Part shown: positions 8,197 to 17,700 of the stretch, piece after piece
Numbering within the stretch: the first letter of the stretch is position 1
Layout: the number at the start of each line of letters is the position of its first letter
Assembly: GCA_964508495.1 (NCBI GenBank)
Contig: CAZDUA010000031.1
Location: 1-62,141 of the forward strand
Length of the DNA stretch: 62,141 nt
Direction: 5' to 3'
DNA from: an uncultured Methanosarcinales archaeon
GTDB taxonomy: Archaea > Nanobdellota > Nanobdellia > Woesearchaeales > ARS49
The notes under the pieces: generated by a model
The model's input: the letters and a program-made list of their open reading frames with translations, nothing else
Databases searched by the model: none
What the model was told of the DNA's origin: nothing
Program-made: the position numbers and the translations under genes

Positions 8197-8378
8197 GACC
8201 TGCCTCCGAATATCATCACGAGAATTCCTACAATAGCAAGCGCTCCTGCCACGTATGACTGCGATTCTCCGAGTAGGTTTAGTAGTTTGAACTGGAGGCC
8301 GAAGAATGGAAGTACAAATCCTCCTGCTCCAAAGAAGAACATCATTGCGCCGAGTCCTCTTGCTGACATTTTACGCAC
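8193..8378 (-). CDS. Small membrane protein (2 TM)
   Basis: Two hydrophobic segments; overlaps both neighbours in operon fashion; GAGGTG RBS. Confidence 0.55.
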   Translation of the reverse strand: MRKMSARGLGAMMFFFGAGGFVLPFFGLQFKLLNLLGESQSYVAGALAIVGILVMIFGGRS

Positions 8379-8622
8379 CTCCTATGAATAAGTACATTAT
8401 CGAAATGTAGAGGAAGTACAATCCACCTGCAACGCATGCTGCTCCGATTAATCTTGCCATGGCCGGATGATGTTGTGTGCCGTCGTTTTTCTCCAGTTTG
8501 CCTCTCACTAATGCTATTATTCCGCCTATTGCGAATAGTAATCCGATTATTATTCCGCCAACAGCTACTACTCCTGGTGGCAGCGTTCTTAGCAACGCTT
8601 TGAGTCCCACATATTGTCCCAT
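8371..8622 (-). CDS. Small membrane protein (2 TM)
   Basis: Two hydrophobic segments; first gene of the minus-strand run. Confidence 0.5.
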   Translation of the reverse strand: MGQYVGLKALLRTLPPGVVAVGGIIIGLLFAIGGIIALVRGKLEKNDGTQHHPAMARLIGAACVAGGLYFLYISIMYLFIGGA

Positions 8623-8775
8623 TTTCTTTCCTCCAAAGCTTCGTAAAGCTTCCTTGACTATTGTAAGTTATACGAAGAAAGCGTAAGATATATACTTTGT
8701 TCAATTATAATTATTACTAATAACTATATAATTACAAAGGAAAGAATTATATACTTGGAAGGTTTCTACTATTGT

Positions 8776-9732
8776 ATGAAGCGTAAAATAAACAGGGTTG
8801 GAACGTCAACTTTGACTGTTTCACTGCCGAGCAAGTGGGCCCAGAAATATGCCTTGAAGCCGGGACAAGAAGTTGAAGTTTTTGAAGAGGGCAGAATTGT
8901 GCACATTTCCGCAGGCGCAAATGTCAGGAAGGGCAATAAGACGATCATCAATATTGATGAATTCAATGCTCTTATGGTTAACAGGCTTCTTAACGAACTT
9001 TACAATTCAGGTGTTGACGAGATCATTATTAACTTCTCAAAGCCCACGGTTCCTAATTACAAAACTGGAGAATCTGTTGAAGTAGAGAAGTACATTAATA
9101 GGCTTCTTCCCAGATTTATAGGTCTTGAAATAGTATCTCAAACGCCTGGCAAGATTATATTGCAAAACCTGCTTCCGGTAGAAAAAACAGAAAAGCTGGA
9201 TGTAATTCAAAAGCGTACTTATTTTCTTATCAAGGAATTCTTAAGCGAATTTATCAAGAACTTGAACAATTTCAGTAGTTTTTATCCAAAAGTCTATGAT
9301 TACCATGATGCCGTGGATAGGTTCATTAATTATTATCTGAGGTTAATCTCTGCATCAGATTTAGGCGAGCATCAAAAGGCAAGAGCGGCTACGTTTTATG
9401 AGAGAATAAAGACAGTATTGGATAAAGTTAGGCACACTAGCGAAAGGCTTTCAGAAATGAAGATGATTACTCCAAAGATAAAGTCTTATGTTGCTGAAAT
9501 CTTCAATTACTATATGTCCCAGTTTGACTTTATTTTCAAATCAGGCATAACTACAAAGGAAGTCGATGGTATCGTAAAAAAAAGATATGAACTCGTCAAT
9601 AAAATTAATCAAGAAAGGTTTAATGAGAGAGAAGCAAGAGTGATTTGGGAGTGCAGGAGCATGGTTGATACAATTGTTGAATTTCTTGATGAGTACATTC
9701 AATTGAATTCTGAGAGCTTTAGAGCTGCTTGA
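8776..9732 (+). CDS. AbrB/MazE-like DNA-binding domain + PhoU-like helical domain regulator (archaeal phosphate-uptake regulator family)
   Basis: MKRKINRVGTSTLTVSLPSKWAQKYALKPGQEV N-terminus; GLEIVSQT; helical C-terminus. ATG 8776 is a likelier start than 8755. Confidence 0.75.
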   Translation: MKRKINRVGTSTLTVSLPSKWAQKYALKPGQEVEVFEEGRIVHISAGANVRKGNKTIINIDEFNALMVNRLLNELYNSGVDEIIINFSKPTVPNYKTGESVEVEKYINRLLPRFIGLEIVSQTPGKIILQNLLPVEKTEKLDVIQKRTYFLIKEFLSEFIKNLNNFSSFYPKVYDYHDAVDRFINYYLRLISASDLGEHQKARAATFYERIKTVLDKVRHTSERLSEMKMITPKIKSYVAEIFNYYMSQFDFIFKSGITTKEVDGIVKKRYELVNKINQERFNEREARVIWECRSMVDTIVEFLDEYIQLNSESFRAA

Positions 9733-10873
9733 GTTTTTTTAAGGTTTCTTGCAGGACTTTTTTAGCGCTAATCTGACAAGGATATTCATCTCTCAAAGTA
9801 TGGCCATTTTTTAGAAAAGTTCTCAGGGAAGTAATATAGTTGATTCTTCGCGATTCATGGTCAAGAAGCCCAGTTGGCTGGCAAAGATAAGCTGCTGCTG
9901 CGAGTAATGCTTGGAACTCTCTGGCTGATTCTGGCTGGCTTCTTAAGTAATATCTTAATTTTCCTTTCTCACTTACGTACTCCTCTTTTTCCACCTGCAT
10001 GCATGCTTTTTCAAGTTCTGAAAACTTTTCAAGAAGTTCTTCTTGATATTCAATTGCTGGCTTTTTCTCATTCAGCGATTTCACTCTCTCACCGATTTTT
10101 TCTCGTCTAACTGCTTTATCTGGTGAGTTGTCAATCAGATGCTGACCCGTTAGTTGCTCATAGAGTACCAATCCAACTGACCATGCGTCATAATCATCCG
10201 CCCATTCCTTTGCTCCGAGATAGATTTCCGGAGGTCCATATGTTAGTGAGCCCCACATGCCGTCAAATTCTTGTGTTGCAAGACCAAAATCCACAAGGTA
10301 CGGTTTTGAATTTTCGCTTAAAACAATGTTCTCTGGGCGTATATCTCGGTGAAATATGGGGTTTGGAATTGTGATTCCAGAATACGCCCATTTCATCTGC
10401 AAAATTACTAAGGCGTCAAATAAGCCCTTTGCGATAGCTGGAAAATCTTTAATTTGGTGACTTAAACCCAATTTTCCATCAATTACAGTACGTAGCGATG
10501 GAACTCCAAAATGATGGCTTCTGGGGAGCAGATAAGACCATTTTGGAAGGCGCGTGAATAAAATTCCTGTATAATCTCCTTTAATTGGTACCACGTCTTC
10601 TATTTTCGCTATGTTATCATGGTCATCAAGCCAGGCGAGTATTTTTGCCTCATTTTTTGTACGCTCTACAGGGTCGAGTTTTGAATGTTCATACCCTGAA
10701 AGAGGTACATCCGGACCTAGTAAATCGTGAGGCAAGTTGACTTTCAAAAGATTTACAAGATTCACCCTTGCACGTTTTACTACGTACATCTCTGACAAGT
10801 TTCCAGAGGGAAGCTCACCTAAAACTTCCATCCCATCATGTATTACGTCCCCTGCTTGCAATATCTTACCCAT
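9719..10873 (-). CDS. Ser/Thr protein kinase (Hanks type)
   Basis: HRDIRPENIV catalytic loop, DFGL, YGPPE, DAWSVGLVLYE. Confidence 0.8.
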   Translation of the reverse strand: MGKILQAGDVIHDGMEVLGELPSGNLSEMYVVKRARVNLVNLLKVNLPHDLLGPDVPLSGYEHSKLDPVERTKNEAKILAWLDDHDNIAKIEDVVPIKGDYTGILFTRLPKWSYLLPRSHHFGVPSLRTVIDGKLGLSHQIKDFPAIAKGLFDALVILQMKWAYSGITIPNPIFHRDIRPENIVLSENSKPYLVDFGLATQEFDGMWGSLTYGPPEIYLGAKEWADDYDAWSVGLVLYEQLTGQHLIDNSPDKAVRREKIGERVKSLNEKKPAIEYQEELLEKFSELEKACMQVEKEEYVSEKGKLRYYLRSQPESAREFQALLAAAAYLCQPTGLLDHESRRINYITSLRTFLKNGHTLRDEYPCQISAKKVLQETLKKLKQL

Positions 10874-12614
10874 TTTTGCCTATATCGGTTTTTCTCAGTT
10901 CATAAGAATTTTGAAGCGTTTGAATCGTTTGTGCAACGCGATAATTGTACGGCGATTCAATATCTCGTGCATCCTTGCCGCCAAAGAATGAATTATCAAA
11001 AAAACAATTTGACATGATGAATTCGATAATCGATTGGGCGCCGTCGATAAGTGCGGCATCCTTCAAAGTGTTAAAAAAATTGTGCTGATAGAACAAATTG
11101 AGCTTATTTTTGGTTTCAGTATCGATCTTCAATTGTTCTTTCTCAAAATATTCCGCACATTCTTTTGGATTGAAATCAATTGCTTTTACAACGTTAGCAA
11201 GCGGATTTTTAATTACGCCCTCAATTCCTTCTCGTACATTGTTAAGAAGTTTTTGTTGCTGGTCAATCATGAATGTCATATACTGATCAGGTTCTTTCAC
11301 TTTATCAATCTCTTTTGATGAGAAGAATTTGTTACCAGTAAGCATTTCATAAAGTATGACTCCTAAAGACCATAAATTATCACGCGGCACAACGTCATAT
11401 GCTGTTTTGTTGCGCGATAGTTTGAGCATGCGAGGTGATGCATAATCGATAGGCCAGTGTTTCCAAATTTCTTTTGTGTCGTATATTGCATCGTTAAAAT
11501 CCGTTAGTTTTACACCGTCTTTGTCAATTCCAACATTGTGGGGTGCGAGATCGTAATGCATTATTCCACGCTCATGGCAAGCTGCCAGCGCAGTCAGCAT
11601 TTGTTCAAAGTAAAGCATTGCATCAGAAAATTTAATCCGTGATCCGCTATTCTCAAGTTTTTCTTTCAATGTTTGTTCGAAGGGTTCCATTGGCAATACG
11701 AATTTGCCTTCCATCTCAAATGGATCATAATAGGTAACTATGTTTGGGTGTCTAAGTTCTCGCAGTTTTTCGATATTTCTGACAACCGCGTCTATTGGAA
11801 CGTCCTGATTAACTATTTTAACTGCAACTTCTCCTGAATACTTGTTTTGCGCTAGATATACATCGCTGACGCGTCCACTGCCGAGCTTTCTAAGAGGATT
11901 GTAATTTGAGGGCAATTCTAATTTTGCAAGCTCGATTATTTCCTCAAGCGGCATTCTTTCTTCTTTTGCCTCCTCTTTTTTCATGTAGTTGATTATCTTT
12001 CTCAGTTTACTATTTGTTAGAATCAGATGCACCGCTTTTGCAAAGTTTGGATCAGTTTGGTATGCTGTTGTTCCGCAGAATATGGCTGTTTTCTTGATAA
12101 AGTCCAGTTTTTCAGGCAGTTTATCTTCTTGCTCGATGAATCTGGTGTAGGGCAGTTCTCTGCCTTCTGCGAAAATGAAGTCAATTGCGCTGAAAAACTC
12201 GCTTGAGACCGGTTCAGGTAATTTTTCCAAAGGTTCTTTTATTTCAGTTAATATTTCTACAAGGGTGTCAAGACAAGCATTCGATTTTTGTGCAATTTCT
12301 TCTTTTTCTTTGTCTACTTTTTCTCCATCATATTCCAGAAATTGAAGGGTATCGCTTACTGACACATATCTCGCAGCATGCATTGAAATTGTGTCCATGG
12401 CTTTTTGTTTCAGTGAAGAGCCTACATATGACTTGACAAATCTGAACGTTTTTCTATATGCCTGCTGCTCTTCTGATGGAAGGTCTGGCCTATCTTCATC
12501 TATCCACTCATGTTCTACATTACTGAAGAATTCATCCAGTCCTTTGCGGATGGCTTTCATTGCGCCTTCTATATTCTTCCTGCGTATGTCTTCCTCGCTG
12601 TCAAAGTCACCCAT
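10866..12614 (-). CDS. Ser/Thr protein kinase-like protein with N-terminal helical domain; degenerate motifs
   Basis: LGSGRVSDVY, VAVK, HPNIVTYYD, HYDLAPHNV, DFN, YASPR, LWSLGVILYE. Confidence 0.75.
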   Translation of the reverse strand: MGDFDSEEDIRRKNIEGAMKAIRKGLDEFFSNVEHEWIDEDRPDLPSEEQQAYRKTFRFVKSYVGSSLKQKAMDTISMHAARYVSVSDTLQFLEYDGEKVDKEKEEIAQKSNACLDTLVEILTEIKEPLEKLPEPVSSEFFSAIDFIFAEGRELPYTRFIEQEDKLPEKLDFIKKTAIFCGTTAYQTDPNFAKAVHLILTNSKLRKIINYMKKEEAKEERMPLEEIIELAKLELPSNYNPLRKLGSGRVSDVYLAQNKYSGEVAVKIVNQDVPIDAVVRNIEKLRELRHPNIVTYYDPFEMEGKFVLPMEPFEQTLKEKLENSGSRIKFSDAMLYFEQMLTALAACHERGIMHYDLAPHNVGIDKDGVKLTDFNDAIYDTKEIWKHWPIDYASPRMLKLSRNKTAYDVVPRDNLWSLGVILYEMLTGNKFFSSKEIDKVKEPDQYMTFMIDQQQKLLNNVREGIEGVIKNPLANVVKAIDFNPKECAEYFEKEQLKIDTETKNKLNLFYQHNFFNTLKDAALIDGAQSIIEFIMSNCFFDNSFFGGKDARDIESPYNYRVAQTIQTLQNSYELRKTDIGKNG

Positions 12615-12673
12615 ACTGCCTATTTATACTCGAGAATATATAAACTTTACTCACTATCCAGTTACAAAAACAC

Positions 12674-13834
12674 CTATAGATGCCTGTAAACGTTCAAAGA
12701 ATATGACAGTCCTGCTCCGAATTCTACGAACAAAACATAGTCTCCGCGTTGTATTCTGCCTGTTTTTAGTGCGACGTCAAACGCGTGTGCTGGGCTTGCT
12801 GTTGAGCTGTTGCCGAACGTGTCGCCTGTTATTATGAGGTCTTTTACGATTGGGAAGTCTTTTTGTGCCTTTATTGCTTTGAGCATGCTTGGGTTTGCTT
12901 GGTGTGGAACGATTATTGGCGGTTCTTTGCAGTGTTCTATTCCTTTTTTGATTAGTTCTACTGCTTTTTTGACCGCCCACGTGTATACTGTTCTTCCGTT
13001 TTGTTCGAAATATCCGTTATTCAGTTTTATTGCGTCGCGCATTGTGCTGTCTGTTTCAATTAAATTGTAGATAAATCCTGGTTGTTCGCTCGGCCCTAGC
13101 AATGCAGCGCCTGCTAGTTCTCCGAATAAGACGACTGATTTTCTGTCTTTTTGGTTTGTGACTTGGTGCATTTTGTCAACGCCGACAACTATAATGTATT
13201 GCGACTCTTTTTTTATTGCGGCATCTGCGAGCGCTAAACCATAACCGTGTGATGCGCATCCTGTTGTCAAATCGTATGAGCGTTCTGCGTTTAGTCTGAA
13301 TTCTATTGCTATTGCTTGTGAGAGTCCTGTTTGTTTATGCTGGTAGACTATTGCGCCTTTTTTTAATTCCCGCATTCGTGGGAAGTCATCTATTTTTATT
13401 GTTTTGTCTACGAGGACTGGGCTTCCTGTTAGTTGTGTTGCGGCTTCTATTGCAGAAGAAATGTCTGTTGTTATCACGTCAAATGCTGGCGCGTTTCCTG
13501 CATTGATGTGCTGGTGTATTTTTGATGCCTCGCATGGTATGAGCAATGGTAGTGGAGGATTAAGGAATGGCATGTGTGTGTTTCCTGCGAGTATGATGCT
13601 TATTTGCTCTCGTGGAATGTCTGGCCTTTTGTCTAATATTCGCTTGACTGTTTGCATTGCCATGTATTCTTGTGTTTCCCAGTCTTCTGCTATTCTTCTT
13701 TCTAGAATTCCAGTGCAGTTTTGTATCCATTCTTCTGATGTTCCTTCAGTGTCTTTCAGCATTTCGACTAGGTCTTTGTTTGTTCGTACTTTTGCTGGAA
13801 CATAACTTTCTGTTTCTAATATCGTGCTGTGCAT
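12674..13834 (-). CDS. fabH: 3-oxoacyl-[ACP/CoA] synthase III (FabH family) with a ~70-aa insertion
   Basis: TGILERR, YDLTTGC (Cys), LFGELAGAALL, PHQAN (His), GNSSTAS (Asn), FGAGLS. Confidence 0.8.
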   Translation of the reverse strand: MHSTILETESYVPAKVRTNKDLVEMLKDTEGTSEEWIQNCTGILERRIAEDWETQEYMAMQTVKRILDKRPDIPREQISIILAGNTHMPFLNPPLPLLIPCEASKIHQHINAGNAPAFDVITTDISSAIEAATQLTGSPVLVDKTIKIDDFPRMRELKKGAIVYQHKQTGLSQAIAIEFRLNAERSYDLTTGCASHGYGLALADAAIKKESQYIIVVGVDKMHQVTNQKDRKSVVLFGELAGAALLGPSEQPGFIYNLIETDSTMRDAIKLNNGYFEQNGRTVYTWAVKKAVELIKKGIEHCKEPPIIVPHQANPSMLKAIKAQKDFPIVKDLIITGDTFGNSSTASPAHAFDVALKTGRIQRGDYVLFVEFGAGLSYSLNVYRHL

Positions 13835-13892
13835 AATAAAATTTTCTCGTCTATTAAGACTATAAAAGCTTTATTGTGAAACTTAACGCGCG

Positions 13893-14765
13893 TTATTGCC
13901 ACGTTGCGATTATGTCTTCTACTTTGCCTTTCCTGAAGAATGCGTTGTATGTTGCTGTTATTGTTGGTATTCTTATGTTGTGTTGTTCTGCGTATTTTTG
14001 TATTATTTGGAGTGTTCTGTGGCCTTCTACTGTTTGTTCTGGTTTTGGTAATGGTTTGCCTTTCTTGATTGCGTCTCCGAATTGGTGGCCAAATTGGTGA
14101 TTGCGGGATGTTTCGCTCATGCATGTGGCGAACAAATCGCCGATAAAGCTTAATCGTGGTATTGACGCGCTTCCTTTGTGTTCGTAGATGTGGTCTATTT
14201 CTCTTAGTGCGAATGCGATATAGCTTCCCATGGAGTTGCACGCGTTGTCTGAGTAATAGCCGTCTAGTAGTCCTGATCCGAGTGCTGCGATATTTTTTAT
14301 CGCTCCGCCGAACTCTACGCCTACTGCGTCTGTTTCTGGGACTACTCTGAAGGATGGTGAGTTGAATAGTCTTGTCCATTCTTGCGCATGGTCGCCTGCT
14401 ATTACTGCCATTGCGGGCCTGCCCAGCATTATTTCCACGCTTAGGTTTGGCCCCATTAGTGCTGCTGTTGGGTTTTTGAGTTCTTGTTTGATTAGTTCTG
14501 TTGGCGTTTTGAGATCGTCATATAGTCCTTTTACACAACTGAGTATTTTTGCTTCTGGGTTTATTATTCCTGATATCATGTTTACGCAATCTGCTAATGC
14601 TGGGGAAGGGACGCAGATTACTATCATGTCTGCTTGTTTTATTTTGTCTACTGCTTCTCCGCTGTATGTTCCGTCTGGCTCTAATTCTACGAATTCGTTT
14701 TGGTTATTGCCTAATAGTTTAGAAATGGCATTTCCAAACTTGCCTGCGCCGATTATTGTTATCAT
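13893..14765 (-). CDS. gpsA: NAD(P)H-dependent glycerol-3-phosphate dehydrogenase
   Basis: IIGAGKFG, CVKG, MGPNLSVE, GVEFGGAIKNIAA, GDLFATC, SRNHQFG, VEG. Confidence 0.85.
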   Translation of the reverse strand: MITIIGAGKFGNAISKLLGNNQNEFVELEPDGTYSGEAVDKIKQADMIVICVPSPALADCVNMISGIINPEAKILSCVKGLYDDLKTPTELIKQELKNPTAALMGPNLSVEIMLGRPAMAVIAGDHAQEWTRLFNSPSFRVVPETDAVGVEFGGAIKNIAALGSGLLDGYYSDNACNSMGSYIAFALREIDHIYEHKGSASIPRLSFIGDLFATCMSETSRNHQFGHQFGDAIKKGKPLPKPEQTVEGHRTLQIIQKYAEQHNIRIPTITATYNAFFRKGKVEDIIATWQ

Positions 14766-14777
14766 TCTGTGAGACTA

Positions 14778-17700
14778 TTATGCCAGCTCTTTTAATCTTT
14801 TCTGTAAGAACTTGGCTATTTCATCATCCCACGAGCGGGGTACTGTTTTGCTGAAGAGTTCTTTCATCCATTTTAGTGTTTCTGGCCTGAATCCTTCTTT
14901 GTCTCCTGCTATCATTTTGTAGATGTCATAGCGTATTTGCGCGTCTAACTTGGCTCTTTTGGCTGCCTTGTTGAATTGTTCGAACAATTTTTGTTTTTCC
15001 TCTTCGACTTTTTCTTCTTCTTTTGCTGTTTCTTCGTTCCAGAAGTCTTGGTATGAGAAGTCTCCTGTTTTCAGGTCTTCTAAAACTGTAAATAGGAATT
15101 TTTTGAGTTCGTCCGGCCAGTTTGCTTCTATTTCTTTTTGGTATTTCTTGCATCCTTCGATGAACCGGGGGTCTATGTTGGTTCTTTCGCCGTCTATTAT
15201 TCTGACTAGTTCTGCTTTTGCGAATTTTGGCGTGTGTTTGACATTCCATGCTTCTCTTTTGAGTATTTCTTTGAAATCGTTGCGTTCTTCTTTTGCGCCT
15301 TCTATGTATTTTGTTGGGCTGATGTGTTTTGTTTCTTTTCCTGATATTTTTGCGAGTATTTGCTCATGCATTCTGCGCAGGAATTCGTATTTGTCTTCTA
15401 TTCTTAGCACGTCCATGTATCCTTGCAGTGCCAGGTTGAGTCCAAATGGTGTTGGTATTGTTGTTTCTATCTCTGTTATTTTTATTGTGCCATCTTCTAT
15501 GCCCTGTAGCACTTTTTTGGTGTTTTCAATGTCCATTAGGTCTTCTAGGCATTCTCTTTTTGCTTCGTTTAGTATTGCGAAGTTGGGGTCTAGTTGTTTT
15601 AACGCGGACATTAGTATCATTGAGCTGACTTGTTGTCTTCCGACTCGTTTCTGTCTGCCCATGTAGTTGCGTAGTATCATTAATGAGCGTGTTGCGCAAT
15701 GTCTGAATCTTCTTTTGAAAACTTCGCTTTTTTCGATTGCGTTGTTCATTATCATGTTTATTTTGTCTGCTTTGAGTAGTTTTATGGCTTTGACCGGGTT
15801 GAGTTTTTTGTTTCCGTTGATGTAGAATCCGTTGTCGCTTATTCCAAGCTCTACATCTTTATGTTCTGTGCGTGATAGTGCGAATGCTACTGCTCTGCTC
15901 AGGCAATCGTTTACGCGTCTGCCGAGAAGTGTGTGGAAGATTATTTTTTGGTCTCTTTCATCAGCATAGTACTCAACCAGTATTGTTTTGTCGTTTGGTA
16001 TTTTTTTGCAGTAGTCGTATTGTTCTTTGAAATATTCATAAATTGCGTTTGCTGCTTTATCGTCAACGTAGAGGTGTTCGTTGATGAATTTGAGTATGAT
16101 CGCCTTATTTTCTCCCGCGCTGAGTCTGTCCAGCATCAGTCTTCTGAATCTTCCTATCGTGTTTGCTAAGTCGAAGCTTAGTGGGAGCATTTCTGATGCC
16201 CATCTTGGCACTGTTGGGGGCCTGTTGACTGATGTTCCTACTTGTGCTACCATGCCTCTGGTAAACTTGAACATGTAAGTTTCTCCGCCAAGAACAAAGA
16301 CATCTCCTGGTTTTAGTCTTTCAACAAATCCTTCGTCAAGCATTCCTACTGTTTCTGTTCCTATTTTGACTGTGACGAATGATTCGTCTGGGATTGTTCC
16401 TATGTTTGTCATGTATATGACTCTTGTCATTTTGCCTCTTTTGCCTATTTTTCCGTCTGCTCTCCAGATTTTTGCGTAGATGTTTCTGTCTTCTAGATCA
16501 ACATATTCGCCTGCTAAGTAGCTCAATATCTGGTTGAAGTCATTCAGTTTCAAGTCTTTGTAACAGTAGCTTTTTTTGACTGTTTTGTAGAGTTCTTTTT
16601 CTTCCCAGACTTGTTGTAGTGCCATTCCGATTAGTTGTTGTGCTAGAACGTCGAGTGCGTTTGTTGGGATGTGTACTTTGTCTATTTTTTTTTCTACCGC
16701 GCTTTTTAGCAAGACTGAACATTCAACTAAGTCATCTCTGTCCATGACGATTATTCTTGCTTTTACTGTTTCGTGTAGTTTGTGCCCGCTTCTGCCTGCT
16801 CTTTGCAGGAATCTTGCGACTGATTTTGGCGAGCCAAGGCAGATTACAAGGTCTATGTAGCCGATATCAATTCCTAGTTCAAGTGATGTTGAACAAACGA
16901 CTGCTTTCAACTCGCCGTTTCGTAGTTTTTCTTCGATGTCTAGGCGCATTCTTTTGCTCATGCTGCCGTGGTGTGCGCCTATGTTTCCGATGTATTTCTT
17001 GGGAAATCTTGTTTTCAAATGGTCTACTACTCTTTCTGTTGCTGCTCGCGTGTTTGTGAAGACTAATGTTGTTTTGTGTGATTGTATTAATTCGTCAATG
17101 AGCTCGTACATCGCGTGGTGTGCTGTGCCGTGGGGAGTGTCAATCAGGTTTTCTACTGGCGACATAACTTGTAAGTCGAGGTTTTTCAAGAATTGAATGT
17201 CAATTACAGTGCAAGGTCTTCCTACTCCTACAAGGTATTTGCCGATTTCTTCTATTGGTGCGACTGTTGCGCTTAGTCCTACTCTGCACATGTGAGTGGA
17301 CAGGTGTTGTAAGCATTCAAGTGATAGTGAAAGATGTGTTCCTCGTTTGTTTTCAGCCAGTGCGTGAATCTCGTCTACTATGCACCAATCAACGTTTTTC
17401 AAATGTTCTCTGAACTTTACTGAAGCTAGCATTATTGCAAGACTTTCTGGTGTTGTTATCAGGATGTGTGGCGGTTTTTTGAGCATTTTGCTCTTTTCAT
17501 TTGCAGTTGTATCGCCTGTTCTTACTCCTACTCGTATGCCTAATGATTTTCCAGCTAGGTTTTCTATTTGTTCTAGTGGTTCTTTCAAGTTTTTAGAAAT
17601 GTCATTGGAAAGTGCTTTTAGTGGTGAAATGTATATCGCGTAGACTTTGTCTTGCAGTATTCCTTTTTCTGCGGAATCGACAAGCTCATTCAATATTGAT

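Noticed and set aside
8680-8760. Repeated TATATA boxes upstream of the PhoU-like regulator as an operator array
   Set aside because: The spacing is irregular (36 and 23 nt) in very AT-rich DNA; divergent TATA boxes explain it.
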